Source: Gemmatimonadota bacterium
GTDB taxonomy: Bacteria > Gemmatimonadota > Gemmatimonadetes > Longimicrobiales > Gaopeijiaceae
NCBI GenBank assembly: GCA_034521595.1
Contig: JAXHMG010000003.1
Coordinates: forward strand, 800,001-864,000
Direction: 5' to 3'
DNA: 64,000 nt
The position numbers and the translations under genes are program-made. The notes under the pieces were generated by a model. The model was given only the letters and a program-made list of their open reading frames with translations, made no database searches and had not been told where the DNA came from. Every line of letters starts with the position of its first letter. The first letter of the stretch is position 1. Shown piece after piece: positions 58,850-64,000 of this stretch.

Positions 58850-60130
58850 ATGGCCGCTTCCGACCTGCAGAGACTACCCGGCTTTCGCGACTTTCCGCCC
58901 GAAGACTTTGGGTTCCGTAACCGGATCTTCGAGTCGTGGCGGCGCGTGGCCTTGCGTTACGGCTTTTCCGAGTACGACGGCCCACCCCTCGAGCCGCTCG
59001 ACCTCTACGTGGAGAAGAGTGGCGACGAGATCGTCGAGCAGCTCTACGGGTTCACCGACAAGGGAGGCCGGGATGTCGCGTTGCGTCCCGAGATGACGCC
59101 TTCGTTGGCCCGGATCCTCGGTGCCCGGAGCCGGGGCATGAGCAAGCCGATTCGATGGTTTTCGATTCCGCAGCTCTTCCGCTACGAACGACAGCAGCGT
59201 GGACGTCTGAGGGAACACTTCCAGTGGAATGTCGACATCGTGGGAGAGGCCGGGGTCGCTGCCGACGCGGAGGTTCTCGCCGTAGGCATCGACGGCCTGC
59301 GCGACCTCGGTCTGACGCACGCGGATTTCGTGGCCCGCGTCTCTGATCGGCGTTTGCTCACATCGGTCTTGGAGGCGGTGGGAGTTCGGGAGGGAGCGCT
59401 CGGTGCCGCGTTTCAGATCGTGGACAAGGTGGAGCGCGATCCCCATGATCGGACCATCGCGCGTCTGCAGGAGGAAGCCGGTCTCGACGAGGCGGCCGCG
59501 GTCCACCTTCTGGAGACGCTCGAGTTCGGTCTGGAGGCGGTGGCCGATCGGTTCGGTGGCCGCGACGACGTAGGAGCGAAGCTGGAGCCCCTGAGGGAAT
59601 ACGTCGAGCTTCTCGGGTTCATGGGCCTCGGCGACTATGTTCAGGTAGACCTGAAGATCGTCCGGGGACTCGCGTACTATACGGGGATCGTCTTCGAGCT
59701 CTTCGACAGGAAGGGCCAGCTTCGCGCGATTTGCGGGGGTGGTCGCTATGATCGTCTCTTGGAGCTCGTGGGTGGAGAGTCTTTACCGGCCGTCGGCTTC
59801 GGCATGGGCGACGTCGTCCTGGGTGAGCTCCTCACGGATCGCGGCCTGCGGCCCGATACGTCGAAGCGGATCGACTACTTCGTCGTGTCCGTCACGGACG
59901 ACGAGCGGCGCGACGCGCTCGGGATCGCGCAGCGGCTTCGTGCTCGCGGTCACAGCGTGGCGTATGCGCTGCGGGGTCAGGGGGTCGGCAAGCAACTGAA
60001 GGCGGCCGGCCGGGAGGGTGCCATCGAGGCCCTGATCGTGGGACCCGACGAGCTGGCTCGCGGGGCCGTGACCGCCCGACGCCTCTCCGACGGAACGGAG
60101 CGCGAGATTCGTATCGAGGAGTTGGATTGA
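58850..60130 (+). CDS. hisS: Histidine--tRNA ligase
   Basis: GFRDF, LRPEMT, FRYERQQRGRLRE, RGLAYYTG, GGGRYD, AVGFGMG. Confidence 0.97.
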   Translation: MAASDLQRLPGFRDFPPEDFGFRNRIFESWRRVALRYGFSEYDGPPLEPLDLYVEKSGDEIVEQLYGFTDKGGRDVALRPEMTPSLARILGARSRGMSKPIRWFSIPQLFRYERQQRGRLREHFQWNVDIVGEAGVAADAEVLAVGIDGLRDLGLTHADFVARVSDRRLLTSVLEAVGVREGALGAAFQIVDKVERDPHDRTIARLQEEAGLDEAAAVHLLETLEFGLEAVADRFGGRDDVGAKLEPLREYVELLGFMGLGDYVQVDLKIVRGLAYYTGIVFELFDRKGQLRAICGGGRYDRLLELVGGESLPAVGFGMGDVVLGELLTDRGLRPDTSKRIDYFVVSVTDDERRDALGIAQRLRARGHSVAYALRGQGVGKQLKAAGREGAIEALIVGPDELARGAVTARRLSDGTEREIRIEELD

Positions 60131-60435
60131 GTCGTTCAGAAGAGGAGACCGCGCGCGTCACCCGTGAGATCACCGCCCGTGCCATCCGCCGGCTCGATAT
60201 GCTCGAGTGGGCGATCTTCGGTGGGGCGGCCGTCCTTGCCACGATCGGGGGAGCGTTGATCGCCTTCCTGCTCGCCGGCCCGCTTGGCGTCGCCTTCCGA
60301 CCCGCCTGGCTCGTGGCTTCCGTGGTTCTCTTCGTAGTGCCGGGAGCCATCGCCGTCACCATCCTCCGCCGCGACGAGCGCCGCCGTGCTCGCCGCCTCG
60401 AACAACTCCGCGAAGAACGCGACCAGGACACATGA
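60127..60435 (+). CDS. Small two-TM hypothetical membrane protein
   Basis: Two hydrophobic helices with a charged tail; 4-bp overlaps with hisS and proS. Confidence 0.7.
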   Translation: MSRSEEETARVTREITARAIRRLDMLEWAIFGGAAVLATIGGALIAFLLAGPLGVAFRPAWLVASVVLFVVPGAIAVTILRRDERRRARRLEQLREERDQDT

Positions 60436-61892
60436 CCGATCACAAAAAGCTGACCCCGAGGGCCGAGGACTTCTCCTCGTGGTACAACGAGCTCGTACAG
60501 CGGGCCGAGCTCGCCGATCATTCTCCGGTCCGAGGCAGCATGGTCATCCGGCCGTGGGGCTACGGGATCTGGGAGCGGATGCAGCGTCAGCTCGACGACA
60601 TGTTCAAGGAGACCGGGCACGAGAACGCATACTTCCCGCTCCTCATCCCGATGAGCTTCATCGAGCGCGAGAAAGAGCACGTGGAGGGTTTCGCGCCGGA
60701 GCTCGCGGTCGTGACGCAGGCCGGTGGCAAGGAGCTGGAGGAGCCGTACGCCATCCGCCCGACCTCCGAAACCATCATCTATTCGATGTACGCCAAGTGG
60801 GTGCAGAGCTACCGCGATCTGCCGATCTTGCTGAACCAGTGGGCGAACGTCATGCGCTGGGAGCTCCGCACACGGCTCTTCCTGAGGACGTCGGAATTCC
60901 TCTGGCAGGAGGGCCATACCGCTCACGCGACACCGGAGGAGGCCGAGGAGGAGACGCTCACCATGTTGGGAGTGTACCGCACCTTCATGGAGGACTGGAT
61001 GGCCATGCCTCCCGTGACCGGACTAAAGTCTCCGACCGAGACGTTCGCGGGGGCCGTTCGGACCTACGCTTGCGAGGCCCTGATGCAGGATAACAAGGCC
61101 CTGCAGGCCGGAACCTCGCACTTTCTGGGTCAGAACTTCTCGAAGCAGTTCGACCTCCGGTTCCAGACGGAAGCGGGACACGAGGAATACGCGTGGAACA
61201 CCTCTTGGGGGGTCTCGACCCGATTGATCGGCGGTCTGGTGATGACCCACGGAGACGACGAGGGGTTGGTGCTTCCTCCCCGGCTGGCACCGGTACAGGC
61301 CGTCATCGTTCCCATTCTGCGCGGTGACGACGAGAGCCCCGTGCTCGAGAAGACCGAGGAGGTGCGGAAGCGGCTGAGTGATGCGGACGTGCGCGTGAAA
61401 GTGGACGCTCGGGAGCACCTGTCGCCCGGCGCGAAGTACTACGAATGGGAGCGCAAGGGCGTGCCCTATCGCATCGAGATCGGACCGAAGGATCTGGCGA
61501 AAGGCCAACTCGCTCTCGCCCCACGGGTGGTGCCCGAGGACGGGAAGCGAAAAGCGTTCGTACCGGAGAATGAGGCCGTGGCGGAGTTCCCGAACCTGCT
61601 CGAGACCTTCCAAGCCGAGCTCCTCGGACGTGCGGCCGCGCGCCGAGACGCGGCATCCGTGCGCGGCGTGACTTCCCTCGACGAGCTCGAGGAGGCATTC
61701 GAGCAGGGAGCCGGGTTCGTCTACACGGGGTGGTGCGGCGATCCGGAGGTCGAGGAGACGGTCAAGGAACGGACCGGAGCCACGATCCGGGTTCTGCCCG
61801 ATGAGGAGTTCCGGTCGGAGCGGGCGCCCGAGAAGTGTGTGTCGGGCGAGCGTGCCGCGACGTCCGAGGTCGTCTGGGCGAGGGCCTACTGA
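60432..61892 (+). CDS. proS: Proline--tRNA ligase, archaeal/eukaryote-like type
   Basis: [54 protein letters not shown]-terminal ARAY; no INS editing domain. Confidence 0.97.
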   Translation: MTDHKKLTPRAEDFSSWYNELVQRAELADHSPVRGSMVIRPWGYGIWERMQRQLDDMFKETGHENAYFPLLIPMSFIEREKEHVEGFAPELAVVTQAGGKELEEPYAIRPTSETIIYSMYAKWVQSYRDLPILLNQWANVMRWELRTRLFLRTSEFLWQEGHTAHATPEEAEEETLTMLGVYRTFMEDWMAMPPVTGLKSPTETFAGAVRTYACEALMQDNKALQAGTSHFLGQNFSKQFDLRFQTEAGHEEYAWNTSWGVSTRLIGGLVMTHGDDEGLVLPPRLAPVQAVIVPILRGDDESPVLEKTEEVRKRLSDADVRVKVDAREHLSPGAKYYEWERKGVPYRIEIGPKDLAKGQLALAPRVVPEDGKRKAFVPENEAVAEFPNLLETFQAELLGRAAARRDAASVRGVTSLDELEEAFEQGAGFVYTGWCGDPEVEETVKERTGATIRVLPDEEFRSERAPEKCVSGERAATSEVVWARAY

Positions 61893-63442
61893 TGGGCCAC
61901 GAGCACGACAAGGTCCTCATCCTCGATTTCGGGTCACAGTTCACGCAGCTCATCGCCCGGCGGATCCGGGAGGAGCACGTGTATTGCGAGATTCATCCGC
62001 CGACGCGCTCCCTCGCATGGATCCGTGAATGGGGTCCGAAGGCGGTGATCCTGAGCGGCGGACCCTCTTCCGTTTACGACGACGACGTCCCGGGAATCGA
62101 CGCGGATCTGCTGCATTCTGGCTTCCCCGTGCTCGGGATCTGTTACGGGATGCAGTTGATCGCCCGGCTCGAAGGTGCTGAAGTGGAGCAGGGACGCCGT
62201 GAGTACGGCCGGGCCGAGCTCGCCGTGACCGCCGCCCGTGATCTGTTCCAGGGCTTCGATACAGGAGAGTCGACCACGGTGTGGTGCTCCCACGGTGACC
62301 ACGTGCTGGAGCCGCCTCCCGGGTACGAGTCCCTCGCCTCCACGAAGGGCCTGCCGGTCGCGGCGTTCGCCGACCGGTCACGGGGCATCTACGGGGTACA
62401 GTTCCATCCGGAGGTGGCGCACACGCATCGCGGCGACGAGATCCTGTCGAACTTCCTCTTCGAAGTCGCCGGCTGTAGGCCGACCTGGACGGCCGGCGCG
62501 TTCATCGAGGACACCGTCGAGCGGATCCGCGCGCATATCGGCGACCGCAAGGCGATTTGCGGTTTGTCGGGTGGCGTGGACTCTTCCGTCGCCGCCGTGC
62601 TCGTCCATCAGGCGATCGGAGATCGGCTCACGTGCATCTTCGTGGATCACGGCCTCCTGCGGAAACACGAGCGGGAGCAGGTGGAGCGGATGTTCCGGAA
62701 CCACTACGACATGCGCTTGATCGTCGAGGATGCCTCGGAAGCCTTTCTGGGTGACCTGGAGGGTACCTCCGATCCCGAGGAGAAGCGCCGGGTCATCGGA
62801 AACCGGTTCATCGAGGTGTTCAAGGCGACGGCCGAGCGGGAGGGGACCGACGCGAGCTTCCTGGTGCAGGGCACGCTGTATCCGGACGTGATCGAATCCG
62901 TTTCGGCGGGTGGCCCTTCGGTCACCATCAAGACCCATCACAACGTCGGAGGACTGCCGGACGAGTTGCCGTTCGAACTCGTCGAGCCCCTGCGCGAGCT
63001 CTTCAAGGATGAGGTCCGTCAGGTCGGTCGCGAGCTCGGGCTGCCGGAGGACTTCGTCGGCCGCCATCCGTTCCCCGGCCCGGGGCTCGCCATCCGGATC
63101 CTCGGGGACGTGACGCCCGAGCGGCTCGCGATGTTGCGTGAGGCGGACGCCATATATCTGGAGGAGATCCGCGAGGCTGGGCTCTACGACGAGATCTGGC
63201 AAGCATTCGCGGTGCTGCTTCCCGTCCACTCGGTGGGTGTCATGGGGGACGCCCGCACCTACGAGAGCGTGTTGGCCCTTCGGGCCGTCACCTCCCGTGA
63301 CGGGATGACCGCCGACTGGTATCCGTTCCCCCACGAGGTGCTCGCGAGGATCTCGACTCGGATCATCAATGAAGTTCCTGGCGTGAACCGGGTCACCTAT
63401 GACGTCAGCTCGAAACCCCCGGCTACGATCGAGTGGGAGTAG
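61892..63442 (+). CDS. guaA: GMP synthase (glutamine-hydrolysing)
   Basis: [52 protein letters not shown]. Confidence 0.98.
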   Translation: MGHEHDKVLILDFGSQFTQLIARRIREEHVYCEIHPPTRSLAWIREWGPKAVILSGGPSSVYDDDVPGIDADLLHSGFPVLGICYGMQLIARLEGAEVEQGRREYGRAELAVTAARDLFQGFDTGESTTVWCSHGDHVLEPPPGYESLASTKGLPVAAFADRSRGIYGVQFHPEVAHTHRGDEILSNFLFEVAGCRPTWTAGAFIEDTVERIRAHIGDRKAICGLSGGVDSSVAAVLVHQAIGDRLTCIFVDHGLLRKHEREQVERMFRNHYDMRLIVEDASEAFLGDLEGTSDPEEKRRVIGNRFIEVFKATAEREGTDASFLVQGTLYPDVIESVSAGGPSVTIKTHHNVGGLPDELPFELVEPLRELFKDEVRQVGRELGLPEDFVGRHPFPGPGLAIRILGDVTPERLAMLREADAIYLEEIREAGLYDEIWQAFAVLLPVHSVGVMGDARTYESVLALRAVTSRDGMTADWYPFPHEVLARISTRIINEVPGVNRVTYDVSSKPPATIEWE

Positions 63443-63830
63443 AGGTTACCGCGTCGGCCTCGATCTCGATGAGCATGTCGGGATGGATCAGGCGGCTCAC
63501 CTCGACCATGGTGGTGGTGGGGCGGGAATCCCCGAAGAACTCCGAATGAGCGCGGCCGAACTCCTCCCAACGACTGATATCCGTCACGAACATCCGAGTG
63601 CGTACCACGTGCTCGGCGCCGGCGTCGAGCTCCGCCAGCGCATCCGCGATGATCCGGAGGCAGCGCGCCGCCTGGGCATAACCGTCTCCAGGCGCGTGCA
63701 CCGAGCCGTCGGGCTCGAGCGCGGCCGTTCCGGTCACGAAGACGAGGTTGCCGGCGCGGAGGGCGCGGCAGTATCCGACGTGGGCCTCCCACGGGGCCCC
63801 GGAGTACACGCGGTGGAACGTCATTTGCAT
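63423..63830 (-). CDS. RidA/YjgF family protein
   Basis: [30 protein letters not shown]....IEIEA; start 63830 or 63824. Confidence 0.88.
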   Translation of the reverse strand: MQMTFHRVYSGAPWEAHVGYCRALRAGNLVFVTGTAALEPDGSVHAPGDGYAQAARCLRIIADALAELDAGAEHVVRTRMFVTDISRWEEFGRAHSEFFGDSRPTTTMVEVSRLIHPDMLIEIEADAVTSTPTRS

Positions 63831-63897
63831 CTTCCATGGTAGAAGTCCGGGGCCGGCACGATGCCCGCCGCTACCCACCGTCATCAAGGAGAGTTCC

Positions 63898-64000
63898 GTG
63901 GTCCGTTCACTGCTCGTCGCCCTCTTCGCGCTGGTTCTCGCGACGCCCGCCTCGGCCCAGATCGCGTGGGACAGCCCTTCGTTCATCAGCCCCGTCGCAC
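63898..64000 (+). CDS. 5' fragment of a secreted protein running off the window
   Basis: AAGGAG SD then GTG; MVRSLLVALFALVLATPASA-QIAWD signal peptide; not in the ORF track. Confidence 0.6.
   Translation, partial: MVRSLLVALFALVLATPASAQIAWDSPSFISPVA

Noticed and set aside
63423..63442. 20-bp convergent overlap of guaA and the RidA-family gene
   Set aside because: Short 3' overlaps are common in compact high-GC genomes; no further signal
1..64000. Defence systems, prophage, transposons, rRNA, tRNA, tmRNA, RNase P, SRP and known riboswitches
   Set aside because: No diagnostic motifs found by eye; nearly all sequence is accounted for by core genes. An Rfam scan is still needed to exclude divergent RNAs

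Overview
High-GC bacterial chromosomal window made almost entirely of core housekeeping genes. The gene order and gene variants point to the FCB group, most likely Gemmatimonadota (inference): contiguous rplM-rpsI-rpsB-tsf-pyrH-frr, a short RpoD-family sigma, an alternative GlmU-like protein, archaeal/eukaryote-type ProRS and short EF-Ts. Contents in order: 5'-truncated NtrY-like kinase; RsbRD_N-like protein plus an aromatic-L-amino-acid decarboxylase; split transhydrogenase pntAA/AB/B; comM, thpR and an NtrX-like regulator; matrixin, lepB and a sigma factor; rplM-rpsI-rpsB-tsf-pyrH-frr-cdsA-dxr-rseP (no uppS); receiver/GlmU-like/MBL operon; lipoprotein-serS-kinase-pcrA-gatCAB; Zn-PLC-family and DUF948-like genes; murA (Cys-to-Asp type); phasin-like gene; rimP-nusA-L7Ae-infB-DUF503-rbfA-truB-ribF-rpsO-pnp-M16 peptidase-ald-dut; mreBCD-mrdA-rodA-accD-folC; hisS-membrane protein-proS-guaA; RidA-family gene. 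I see no tRNA, rRNA, CRISPR array, transposase, prophage or defence genes, and no unambiguous new multi-gene system. The best candidate for something undescribed is 2829-5316: an unexplained, self-complementary 386-bp intergenic region with a short SD-led ORF, then a stand-alone RsbRD_N-like protein coupled to a DDC-type decarboxylase. Other points of interest are candidate cis-regulatory RNAs (rpsB, rimP, rpsO, pnp leaders), a 9-bp tandem repeat at the start of rpsB, and long basic-then-acidic extensions on S2 and IF2. All calls were made by eye from motifs; no searches or folding programs were run.
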